Below, piece by piece: positions 21,667-32,628 of a stretch of DNA of 32,628 nucleotides (position 1 is its first letter; each line of letters opens with the position of its first letter). The stretch comes from Octopus sinensis (taxonomy: Eukaryota), in NCBI RefSeq assembly GCF_006345805.1, contig NW_021832766.1, positions 1 through 32,628 of the forward strand, read 5' to 3'. The notes under the pieces are model-generated. The model ran no database searches. It was not told where the DNA came from and was given only the letters and a program-made list of their open reading frames with translations. The translations under genes and the position numbers were made by a program.

Positions 21667-22110
21667 GAACATCGTCATCTTTCTCCGCTCGTCGTCGTCA
21701 TGATCATGATCATAGTTACCATAATTTCCGCTGTTTCTTCTTCTTCTTCTTCTTCTTCTTCTTCTTCTTCTTCTTCTTCTTCAATTTCTCTGTCTCGTCC
21801 TCTCTTTCCTCCCCCTTCCTAACCTCTTCCTCCTCCTTCTCTTCCTCATCATTTCCTTCTTACTCCCATCCGTCTCCTCCCTTCCTCCTCTTCCTCCTTC
21901 ACCGTCTCCATCTCCTCCTTCTTCTCTTCCTCCATCTCCTCTCCTCCCCCTTCCCCTCCTCCTCCTCCATATTCTCCCTCTTCTCCTGCTCCCATTTCTC
22001 TTCCTCCCTCTTTTCCTTGTCCCTCTTCAACTTATTTTCCATCTCCTTCTCCACCTCCCACTTCTCTTCTTCCTTCTTCTCCTTCTCTTCCTCCTCCTCC
22101 ACCTTCTCCT
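21624..22110. repeat. (GAT)n, (TCT)n and long CT-rich low-complexity tract
   Basis: Direct inspection. Confidence 0.9.
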
Positions 22111-22456
22111 CCTTGTCCTTGTAACAATAATAATAATAATAATAATAATTGATACAGTTATACTAATTCTATTAATCTTAAATATAATCTTATTAATATT
22201 TTATCCTTTTAATCAATTATTAAGTAATGTGAGAATCATTTTCACTTTTTATGATACCCCAAAGGAACACTTAGTGTCACCAGTATAACCGTCATAATAA
22301 TAGTAATAATAATAATAATAATATATAGTAATAATAATAATAATAGTAATAATAATAATAATAATGATAATAATAAATAATAATAGTAATAATAATAATA
22401 ATAATAATAATAGTAATAATATAATATAATGATAATAATAATATAAAATAATAATA

Positions 22457-22488
<32 letters not shown>

Positions 22489-22489
22489 G

Positions 22490-22753
22490 AGGTGAATTAT
22501 TCAAACCCAAAGAATCCCTCTCAACACATGGCTATGATGCTCCCCCACTACTTCTGCTCGTGATCAGAGATGCACATATCGTCAGCCACTAAGGGACATG
22601 CTCAACTTGATATGAGATCACCATGTCACGCACATATGGTTGTAATGCATGTGCCTAGTGTACCCTTATCAGATAGGTAGTCATGATGGATATACTGGTC
22701 TTCGTGTATTTTACCCCAGTGTCACTTTGATGGCATGCACTGCTCCCTCACTC
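22490..22753. repeat. Unclassified interspersed repeat between (TAA)n blocks, possibly a LINE 3' UTR or a two-repeat chimera
   Basis: Complex sequence bounded on both sides by TAA repeats, with no coding motif. Recalled as common octopus repeat sequence but not verifiable here. Confidence 0.4.
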
Positions 22754-22805
<52 letters not shown>

Positions 22806-22807
22806 GC

Positions 22808-22860
<53 letters not shown>

Positions 22861-22876
22861 TAATAATATTGATAAT

Positions 22877-23262
22877 GATATAGAAATCAGCAAAATGTGG
22901 AACCTGAAGACTAAAACAATACCTGTTGCCATAGGTGCCCTGGGAATGATAGCAAAAGGGGCTGATTGCTACTTAACTCAGACATCAGGAAACCCGAAAA
23001 TGGCAGAAATTCAAAAGATAGTGCTCATGGGAACTGCTCATATCCTACACAAAATACTATCTATGTAATCTCAAGTTTTAAAACAAACAATTTTCGTATG
23101 TTTTTTTTTAGGCATTCACTATTACAACACTAAGCACAAAACCAAATATATGGCACCCTAGGCATAACACCAACACGAACTTCCAACTTGTTGCCTCTTG
23201 AGGTCTCTGGATGAGACTTGGAGCCAACTTGTGCAAATGTAAAGCAAAAGTCAAACATATAA
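22877..23262 (+). mobile_element. Dong/R4-clade (RLE) non-LTR retrotransposon 3' end, family A, 5'-truncated
   Basis: DIEISKMWNLKTKTIPVAIGALGMIAKG...EIQKIVLMGTAHILHKILSM* is the restriction-like endonuclease C-terminus. A 3' UTR follows, and the copy sits in (TAA)n, the known Dong target. Confidence 0.88.
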
Positions 23263-23264
23263 CA

Positions 23265-23347
<83 letters not shown>

Positions 23348-23372
23348 TAAATAATATAATAATAATAATAAT

Positions 23373-23674
23373 AAAGACCTGGAATAGAGGTAACTAGAAT
23401 GTGGAATCTGAAAACAGAAACAATTCCTATCATAGTAGGTGCATTAGGCATGATAAAAAAATATTCAGACAAATATATAACAAAAACACCAGGACTTACA
23501 AACACATATAACATACAGAAAATTGCACTACTAGGCACTGCACACATCCTACCAGAACACTTTCCATACAATAACCATCAGAGCATCACAACAAATCACA
23601 GCACATACCCAAGGCACACAGAGCTGCGCTCGGTAGTGAAGTGAAAGCACGCTATAAAAATAAAAATAAAACTA

Positions 23675-23678
<4 letters not shown>
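23373..23678 (+). mobile_element. Dong/R4-clade 3' end, family B, 5'-truncated
   Basis: (KDLE)IEVTRMWNLKTETIPIIVGALGMIKKYSDKYITKTPG...IQKIALLGTAHIL. The 3' UTR is unrelated to family A. Flanked by (TAA)n. Confidence 0.88.
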
Positions 23679-23748
<70 letters not shown>

Positions 23749-23759
23749 CAATAATAATA

Positions 23760-23890
23760 ATTTAAAATTTTGGCACATGTCCGCAATTTAGTGGGATGGT
23801 GTAGGCTGATTATATTGACCTCAGTGCTCATCTAGTAACTGAAAAGACGAAGTTTCGATCACGGCGGTATTGGAACTCAAACCGTTAACA
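23760..23890 (-). mobile_element. Degenerate major SINE fragment, tail type B
   Basis: AAATTTTGGCACATG...GATTATATTGACCTCAGTGCTCA...GGCGGTATTGGAACTCA. Confidence 0.55.
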
Positions 23891-24224
23891 ATGATAGTCA
23901 TAGTAAAAATTATTATAACCATTATTTCGTTTAGCATAAGCATTAAATATTTTAATGTAATCGACTTTTGAATTTATGCCAGTTGAAAGGAAAATGATGA
24001 AGAAAATGAATATAAAAGCGAACAACACTAAAAGACAAAATAAATAAATAAATAAATATTTCGCTGATTTTGCAAAAGTCACAGATGTTGCAACGTAAAA
24101 AAGAAAGAAAAAAAGTAAAGAGAGAATATATAAAAGAAATAGAAAATGGATAAAGGAACAAATTAAAGAATATATAAAATGGAAGTGGCCCACCTTTCTC
24201 AGTAATCATCTTCTTCTCTCTTTC

Positions 24225-24381
24225 TGTCTGTCTGTCTGTCTGTCTGTCTGTTCGTCTCTCTATATGTATATATATATATATATATAGATAAATATCTGTA
24301 TAAACTATCTGTATGTATGCGTGTGTAAACATAAATATATAATGTATATATACATATATGTGCATACATATCACGTATCTG

Positions 24382-24464
<83 letters not shown>

Positions 24465-24480
24465 ATATATATATCTATAT
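24225..24480. repeat. (TCTG)n, (TA)n and (TATC)n microsatellites
   Basis: Direct inspection. Confidence 0.9.
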
Positions 24481-24796
24481 ATGTGTGTATGTATACACCA
24501 GTATTTATGTATATATGTATGTATAAATAATAAAAAACATACGTAATATGTATGGGAAGTTGCCTATGTATATATATTCATGCGTATGCAAATGTAAGGC
24601 AAAAAATACATACATGCATATATATACATATATAGTATATATATGTGTGTATGTAGGTATGTATGTATATGCATGTTTGTGAGTGTATCTTAAAACATAT
24701 TTACCAGTTAAAACATATTTACCATTTTTTTTTTACCCTGCAATCATATATCGATGAACAGCCGCATATACATGCTTACCTATACAAACACAATAT

Positions 24797-24842
<46 letters not shown>

Positions 24843-25254
24843 TACACACACTCACCGAGAAAAATGCAAAACATAAGAACGACCAGGTTAAAAAAACAGA
24901 GAAATACAAAAGCGAAGATATATCATTTTTACCCCGGCAAATATTTCTTAAGAAAATATCGGTGAGTAAATATATTAAGAAATTTTGTTTATCAAACATT
25001 CATGATAGACACACGTTCAAGTAATTCAAACACTTGTGTTATTTTCTGTGAAGAAAAACAAACAACACAAACACGTCTAAACAAACACACACGCGCGCGC
25101 ACAATCACACTCATGCGTAGAACCACACCCATACTCCTTCACAGGCACACACCTATGTACACAGCTACTTATTCAGCTGGTGTCATATGGTGTTGTTAAG
25201 ATTCACGTTTACTCGATAATTCAAAAGTCAGCGTATAATGTAATGCAATATAAG

Positions 25255-25320
25255 TGTAATATAATATAATATAATATGATATAATATAATATAATATAAT
25301 ATTATATAATATAATGAATG
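25255..25320. repeat. (ATAAT)n pentanucleotide repeat
   Basis: Direct inspection. Confidence 0.85.
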
Positions 25321-25498
25321 ATATAGTATAATATGATATTGTATAATGTTATATATGATTTATTATGATATAATGTGATATTATATGATATACATATACA
25401 CACATACAATTTTTAATCGAAAGCAAGCTACAAGAGTAAGTCAAGTGCTGTGCGTTCGTACATGACTACGTATACGTGTGTATCTATCTCTCACTCAC

Positions 25499-25542
<44 letters not shown>

Positions 25543-25546
<4 letters not shown>

Positions 25547-25605
25547 TAACAATGAGGGTCTTTGCAACAAGTTGCTAGACCACATACCGAAAGTATTAGA
25601 AATAG
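25543..25605 (+). repeat. Single-arm relative of the 2409-2763 palindromic repeat, adjacent to (TA)n
   Basis: AATGAGGGTCTTTGCAACAAGTTGCTAGACCACATACCGAAAGTATTAGAAATAGCAGCC versus AATAAAGGGTTTAGCAACGAGTTGCCTTACCACATACCGAA-TTTAGAAATAGCAGTC. Confidence 0.7.
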
Positions 25606-25946
25606 CAGCCAGATGACTGTCATTTCCTTTTACTACAAAAATATGTCACCACAGAAACAGTATTTGTAACTCATTGTGTGGCAAAAAAGAAGAAAAATAA
25701 CGAAATCAAACAGTCCGCGGTCAATTATGGACGTACGTTTCTGGATTAGAATTAAAAATTCATTTCCTTTATCAACATAATATTCCGGTAAATAAATCTA
25801 GAAATGTCAGGAAATCTTACCCTCCATATTTCCGATCGGGCGACATCGGGGCATACGGAAGCTAATCAGAATATCCACATTTATATAGACGAGTGAATTC
25901 GTATTTCCCTCCAGAATTTTTCCACGTGAGTCACAAATATTACTGC

Positions 25947-25999
<53 letters not shown>

Positions 26000-26016
26000 C
26001 AATATATATATATACA

Positions 26017-26315
26017 CAGTATTATCTCACTTTACGAGTTCCTACTTTACGAGACACTCGGTTTACGAGTTTTATTCTTCAAGCACCAGATTTTGAACGA
26101 GGGGCAAAATGTCTACTACCATAACAAATGCTTCTGCGAGTCACCGAGTAATTTATAAGGAGAGCGAAAACAAAAAGCTTCTCCAAGCAAACCACTGTAG
26201 ATTTGCTTTTAAAAAGAAATCTGCAAGTCTGTCTACGAGTACTTGTGAATCGGTGATCGCGTTTAAAAGTGATTAGTGTGCGAGTTTAGAGCGATCGAAA
26301 AGTGATTCAGAAAAC
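26017..26315 (+). mobile_element. Probable pogo/Tigger-like DNA transposon fragment
   Basis: Starts CAGTATTATCTCACTTTACGAG with repeated TTTACGAG subterminal motifs. Contains KQTTVDLLLK and an acidic tail resembling pogo transposase C-termini. No second TIR seen. Confidence 0.45.
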
Positions 26316-26328
26316 GATGATGATGATA

Positions 26329-26361
<33 letters not shown>

Positions 26362-26370
26362 GTGATGGTG

Positions 26371-26403
<33 letters not shown>

Positions 26404-26507
26404 GTAATAATAATGATGATAATATTTTACTGTATATGTATACACACACACACACACACACGAATATATTAAATAAAACGAGACATCAAAGCCAAGGCTG
26501 TGAGGTA

Positions 26508-26555
26508 GTCTTACAGCTGTTTCTGGGATATTAGAGATATCCTTTCATCAGAGAC
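26508..26555 (-). ncRNA. Minimal type I hammerhead ribozyme motif with palindromic stem III
   Basis: Minus strand GTCT-CTGATGA-AA-GGATAT ctcta ATATCC-CA-GAAA-CAGCTG-TA-AGAC. Stem I GTCT/AGAC, intact CUGAUGA and GAAA cores, GUA cleavage triplet. The base of stem II is mismatched. Confidence 0.65.
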
Positions 26556-26852
26556 GATATGAGAGAATTAACCAGAGGGAAAGAGTAGAGTTCAGTATAA
26601 GGAGTTATTTTGGAAAAGAATGGACTTAGAAAGTATAAAGGGAAATAAGAGAATAAACAGAAAAGTAAAAATATATGCAGGATGCTACAGTTGCAGTTCT
26701 ATCTTCCAATGAACAGCAGATGGAACTTATGTCTCCAAACTATCCACTTGTAATAACAAAATATGAACTCCTATTGGAACATACATACCATGGACAAGAA
26801 GCATTTCTATCCATTCTACACAGCACTATTCTATTCTATTGTATGTGTGTGA

Positions 26853-26891
<39 letters not shown>

Positions 26892-26945
26892 TGTGTGTGT
26901 GTATGTATGTATGCATGTATGTATGTATATGTATGTATATATATA

Positions 26946-27172
26946 TTCTTTTATTCTTTTATTCCTGTACTTGTTTCAGTAATTTGACTACGGCCATGCT
27001 GGAGCACCACCTTTAGTCGAGCAAATTGACCCCAGAACTTATTGTTTGTAAGCCTAGTACCTGTTCTATCGAATTCATTTGCCGAATCGCTAAGTTACAG
27101 GGACATAAACACACCAGCATCGCTTGTCAATCGATGTTGTGTGGACTAACACAGACACACAAACATACACAC

Positions 27173-27212
<40 letters not shown>

Positions 27213-27369
27213 AATGACAGGCTTTTATCAGTTTCCGTCCACCAAATCCACTCACAAAGTTTTGGTCGGCCCGAGACTATAGTAGAAGACACTTGGCAAA
27301 GGTGCCACGCAGTGGGACTGAACCCGGAACCATGTGGCTGGTAAGCAAGCTACTTACCACACAGCCACT
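26946..27369 (-). mobile_element. tRNA-derived SINE with CORE-like block and internal (TA)n/(TG)n microsatellite
   Basis: Minus strand AGTGGCTGTGTGGTAAG (A box), GGGTTCAGTCCC (B box), CCTTTGCCAAGTGTCTT, an internal microsatellite and a (GAATAAAA)n-like tail. Confidence 0.85.
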
Positions 27370-28290
27370 GGAATTCACGAGACATTTTATACAGAACCAT
27401 TCGATCGTTTCACCCATCATGCACCGGTACCTTACAGATGAGATGCTGTGCAAAATGTTATGAATCATCGCAGGTGCAGCTGCGTCTTGTCAGGTGAATT
27501 TTCAAAAGGCGCCTCCATTTTTATTCACCGTTTCGTTTATTTCTATATCAACACATTTGGTAATTGTAGCGTACTATGCCTCTCCATAAAAAAAAAACTA
27601 AGATATGATGAAGAATTCTTTACATGTAAGCAATAAGATAAGTATACGAGAATAAAAGAACAAGGAATCAAAAATAAAAGAAATGAATGAAATAAAATGT
27701 AACAGACCGATAACAAAACACCGTTAGATAAAAATCTGAAATACACACGCAATCGGAATAGAACTAAAAAAAAATCAGACAATAAATTGACCTTTACATT
27801 TCGTCAAAACAAATAATCCAGCATACACACATCGTACATGCATTATATCTATATATATATGTGTGTCTGTGTGTGTGTTTGTGTGTATCTTTATATATAT
27901 GTTTATATATGTGCGTATGTAAATATATATATATATATATGCATACACATTATTCATATACGTATATATCCATTTTCTGTGTATATATTTTACACGAAGG
28001 TAACACACACACAAACACACACGCACACCAACACACGCACGCTTATGTATGAATGCATAACACAGACATCAATCCATAAATACATATGAACATAAATAAG
28101 GTGTGTTATGAGCATTTATAGAAAACGTATCCTATATAAACTCAACAAACAATTAAAGAAGGAGAAGTGATGTTAAAAGTTTTGTAAAATATTAATCCAT
28201 GCATACGGTCGTTTCGAATGGTAATATTAATATGTAAGTAACATAGAAAAAAATTAAAGTTAATTACCTATTAGTGCACATATTAGTGCA

Positions 28291-28977
28291 CAAAGTTTGA
28301 CTTTAAGAGTCTCTTGCTTGTAGGTCATGTTCAACTAAACGACGAGACACAGTTTTTCGAGATAAAGTTTTCTTCAATACAATGCTCATTTTTCGAGAAA
28401 CAGCAGCAGCAGTTTTAAATCTGTCCTTTTTAACCAACTTACCATAGCACGATCTTCTCTCTTGGTCGTTTTTCTTGGCCTACCTGTAAACTTTCTTGCT
28501 TCACACGAACCACAATCATCGTAGACCTTAAGAATACCGTGTACAACACTTTTGACTTGTTAACAATCTTGCAATAGATCCAATATTAAATTATCCTTCC
28601 TTCGAAGCTTAATAATGTGCTGACGAAGTGGTAACGGAGTAAGTGGCATTATATTAACAAAGTACACTGCAAATATTCTTACTAATGTTTAGTAAACGAA
28701 CCGTCACGTAAACAAATTCAAAACATTAGAGTTCGCCGGTTAAATATGCTAAAACACGGAGTAAAAGCATTTTGGCCCCATAGGTTTTGCAGTAAATCAC
28801 TTAATCATCCATAACTTTTGTATTATCCTCTCAAATTACACCAAAATCTCAGGTAATAACAAATAATATCGTGTTTATTGTCTGTGAAAATTATAGAATA
28901 TAAAACAACTTTGATAAAAAATTATATCTACTTTTCTGACGAAAACAATGCCGTTCGGAAAAGTTTGGCCGCCACTG
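28291..28977 (-). mobile_element. Tc1-like transposon 5' half: TIR, leader and transposase N-terminus (ATG at 28649)
   Basis: End TA|CAGTGGCGGCCAAACTTTT. Frameshifted peptide MPLTPLPLRQHIIKLRRK...FTGRPRKTTKREDRAM-KLVKKDRFKTAAAVSR...LSRKTVSRRLVEHDLQAR matches the GRPR/HTH region of Tc1 transposases. Confidence 0.88.
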
Positions 28978-29222
28978 TACATACATATGTCCATACTCAC
29001 ACCAAACATTAAGAAGATGTCATTTGCTTCTCTTATCCCTTTGAAACCCGTTTGTTCTTTTGGTCCCCTATACCTGAACGTCCGACTGGGGACAGTTCTT
29101 AAGTATCCTAAACTAGAGTTAATTCATTAGAACACAGCCTATATTTATTCATACACATACACATTTATTATACACATACACTACATATACATTACACATA
29201 GATGTATATGCCAACCTTTACG

Positions 29223-29224
<2 letters not shown>

Positions 29225-29265
<41 letters not shown>

Positions 29266-29268
29266 TAA

Positions 29269-29332
<64 letters not shown>

Positions 29333-29333
29333 T

Positions 29334-29372
<39 letters not shown>

Positions 29373-29715
29373 CATTCTTATATGTATATATTACATAGAG
29401 ATTTTTATTTGCATATATTTATAATATATATATGTATGTTAATACCTACCCACACGACACATGCACTTAAATACACCCATATATACTCACACTCATATTT
29501 ACATACATATCTACAAATTTCTCCCCCCCCTCTCTCTCTACACACACATCTATATGTATATATATACACACATAGATGTACAGATATCTATACACGCATG
29601 TATATACAAATATATGTTTTTATGTATTTATATATATATGTATACACATGCACACACATATCTATCTATACATACATACATACATACATACATACATACA
29701 TACATACATACAGAT
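29225..29715. repeat. (TA)n/(TACA)n compound microsatellite
   Basis: Direct inspection. Confidence 0.9.
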
Positions 29716-30219
29716 ACAGGGACATATACATGAATGAACTATACCTCTCACGGGCATACATCTGTATGTTGTTGGTTTGCATTGTTGTGTGTTTTCTTTT
29801 GTTGAGATGCTTTTGATGTTTGTGGTGTTGGAGATGTTTATAATTGCATTTGTAGTAGGTTGTGTGGGTTTGTGAGGGTTTGCTAGTGTTCGTGTGTCCC
29901 CCTCTAATCTCTTTGCTTTTAATCTTGTGCCGCGATATTCATTTTGTAATTTTTTTCTTTCGTCAGGATACTTTCTACTAGATTTCCTAGAGTGTTTTCC
30001 TCTTTAGACGAGATTTCACAATCGGAAAAATCTTGGCAGGTTGGGTAGAGGTATGTCTGCACAGTTGCGCATTTCTAAGCTGGTGGTCTGGTCGACTGGT
30101 GAAGGTGAGCCTTCTCTAACGTGCAATGGTGTCAGCGTTGTTTTTTTCCCTCGGATGTGATACCGGTGCTTACTGCTGATGTTGAATGAATTTCCCCTGC
30201 TGCTCTTTCTGTTGATGCT

Positions 30220-30704
30220 TCTTCGTCTTCCAGTCAGGGTTCACGCTATAAGGCACAAAGAATAATCTCTAATTCGAGCCTACTCTAAGCTACTAAGAAT
30301 GCGTGTGGCAACTTGAAGATCCACCCACCACACGGGATAGACTGGCGGTTGCACGGGCGCGTATGCTACGTTGTTATCCTCATTCCGTAAACGGTGGCTT
30401 TTAACGGGTGGAGAGCTGAACCATCATGGGGTACAGATGATTCGCAATCTAGACTAGGGTCTGAAAGTTTACCACACCATAGTGGGTTACACAATGGTTC
30501 TTCTGAGTTTCTGGCAAAAGTAGAACGGAAGAGTGAGAGAAAGTTGTGGTGAAGGAATACAGTGGGCTTCACCATCCCTCCCCGCCGGAGCCTCATGGAG
30601 CTTAGATGTTTTTGCCCAATAAACACAATGCTCGGTCTTTGACTCGAAGCCGCGTTCTTACGACCGTGAGTCCGCTGCCCTAACCACTGGGCCATTGCAC
30701 CTCC
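30220..30704 (-). mobile_element. Full-length OR-like tRNA-SINE (485 bp) with a 12-bp TSD
   Basis: Minus strand starts GGAGGTGCAATGGCCCAGTGGTTAGGGCAGCGG and ends GCGTGAACCCTGACTGGAAGACGAAGA. TSD TCTGTTGA(T/G)GCT at 30208-30219 and 30705-30716. Confidence 0.9.
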
Positions 30705-31168
30705 TCTGTTGAGGCTGTTGTTGTTTTGTATACTGCTGCTCTGGGCATTGATGCTTTTGTTGTTGTTGTTGCTGTTGTTATTGTTGTTGTGTTAGAGGTG
30801 TCTGCAACAGGAGGATATTTTTCTTTACATGTGGCAGACACACACACACAAACACACGCATACATACGTTTATTAATACATACATATATACGTACGTATA
30901 TATATATATGCGTACATACATTCATATATACATAGATACACTCATACACAAATACGCGTGTACATATATATTATTATGCAAACAAATATTATTAACAAGT
31001 TTATGGTAGTGTCTGGAATATAATATATGTTCTTGCAATGTATAAAACATATCCATATATATCTTTATGTATTAAATATAGCTTCTGTATTCATCTTATA
31101 TTGAAATACTCATACACAAACACATAAATATATATTATAAACATGTATAAAAAATAAGGCCTATTGTT

Positions 31169-31609
31169 AAGTTATATATTATAAAATCTCACAATTCATA
31201 TTTACGATAATCATCAAACACACACACATAATATTCATCACGTCCATATATAATATATAATATATATGCATATATATATACATACACATATAAGTGTGTG
31301 TATGTGTGTATATATTATAAGTTATATATTATAAAATCTCACAATTCATATTTACGATAATCATCAAACACACACACATAATATTCATCACGTCCATATA
31401 TAATATATAATATATATGCATATATATATATACATACACATATAAGTGTGTGTATGTGTGTATATATTATAAGTTATATATTATAAAATCTAACAATTCA
31501 TATTTACGATATTCATCAAACACACACACACAAAGTATTCATCACACCCACATATATATATAATATATGCATATATACACACATACACATATAAGTGTGT
31601 GTATGTGTG

Positions 31610-31625
<16 letters not shown>
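31169..31625. repeat. Three-copy ~150-bp tandem repeat
   Basis: GTTATATATTATAAAATCT starts at 31171, 31321 and 31473. Copies 1 and 2 are nearly identical; copy 3 is diverged. Confidence 0.92.
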
Positions 31626-31640
<15 letters not shown>

Positions 31641-32247
31641 GCACAAATATCGGCAGCATTTGATGAATTACAAAAATATAAAGTAGATTCATCTGGGCTA
31701 TACGTCTTGTATATAATAGAATTGGGTGTATATGTATACCTACTCAACCATATACACACACATGCATACAAATATACACACGCATATATATATGAAATTT
31801 ATGTTATATGTAACCAATATTATTATGTTTCAAATGAAATATGTACTTACCGTGTCCGATGTCCAAATTACTTCCCCTCTATCTTTAACCTATCCAAGTT
31901 GACTTGTCTATATCTGATATCAATTTTTGATAAGTGTTTATCTACCCGACATTTATCACAATATTTACGCTCATCGAAATATGAGTCCGCTGCAAAATTA
32001 CAGCAAGTGAGATCACAAATTTCTACCACTACCACGTAGGCTTTTGGCCTTTTAGTTTTGCAACGTTTATGGTTTATGTCGAAACGGTTGAAGAAAGAAA
32101 TTAAGATGTTGAAATATCAATGAAGTTGTTTGTTTCTACTTGTCTAATACATACATACATACGTACATACATACATGCATACATACATATTTACATGCAA
32201 CATGCATGATTACATATATACATGCATGCATACATCCATATATAATA

Positions 32248-32327
32248 TGCATATAACTATATTTACATACATATATACATACGTACATGCATATAACTAT
32301 ATTTACATACATATATACATACGTACA
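32248..32327. repeat. 40-bp tandem duplication within TACA-rich sequence
   Basis: ATATAACTATATTTACATACATATATACATACGTACATGC at 32251 and 32291. Confidence 0.85.
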
Positions 32328-32628
32328 TGCATACATGCATACATTGATGCATACATATGTACACTTATATTAGAAAATATGTGCATGCAAACACACACAC
32401 ACTCAGACACACACACACATATATGTAGAACACACACTTATACCGTACCCCACATGAGTACAACAAACACACACGATATAGTACAAATAAGCTTCGATGA
32501 ATGAATCTAGACGTTGTTTTATTAGTTACAGTTGTTTCGTATCACTTCTTTATGAAATTCCTCCTCAACTCAAAAGTTACAAAATGTTTGTAGTTGTTTA
32601 TAGAACAGAAAGAAACCCGCAAATATCA

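Larger units (their letters stand above)
22123..23760. repeat. (TAA)n array interrupted by three plus-oriented insertions
   Basis: TAA blocks at about 22123-22148, 22295-22489, 22754-22876, 23263-23372 and 23679-23760. Confidence 0.92.

Noticed and set aside
26675-27016. 113-aa ORF beside the hammerhead as a Penelope GIY-YIG or RT fragment
   Set aside because: No GIY-YIG or RT motifs; the distal half is microsatellite.

Overview
Eukaryotic, very AT-rich, repeat-saturated genomic DNA. The SINE families and microsatellite density match what I recognise as Octopus (coleoid cephalopod) sequence; this is recognition, not a database result. There are no prokaryotic features, and almost every entry in the ORF track is a microsatellite or SINE artefact. 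The window contains about 18 tRNA-derived SINE loci of at least four families, an RTE-clade LINE 3' remnant, two 5'-truncated Dong/R4-like LINE ends nested in a (TAA)n array, two mariner remnants, a Tc1 remnant, a Tc1/mariner MITE, a probable pogo/Tigger fragment, a spacer-less ~230-bp palindrome and hammerhead-ribozyme-like motifs. A plausible three-exon 3' end of an unidentified plus-strand gene lies at 16899-16984, 20324-20386 and 20875-21075. The most interesting signal is a SINE that forms head-to-tail multimers through the same junction (GAAATAC|CTATTTC) six times at four separate loci, with two arrays each bounded by a single target-site duplication. A minimal type I hammerhead with palindromic stem III (26508-26555) is next.
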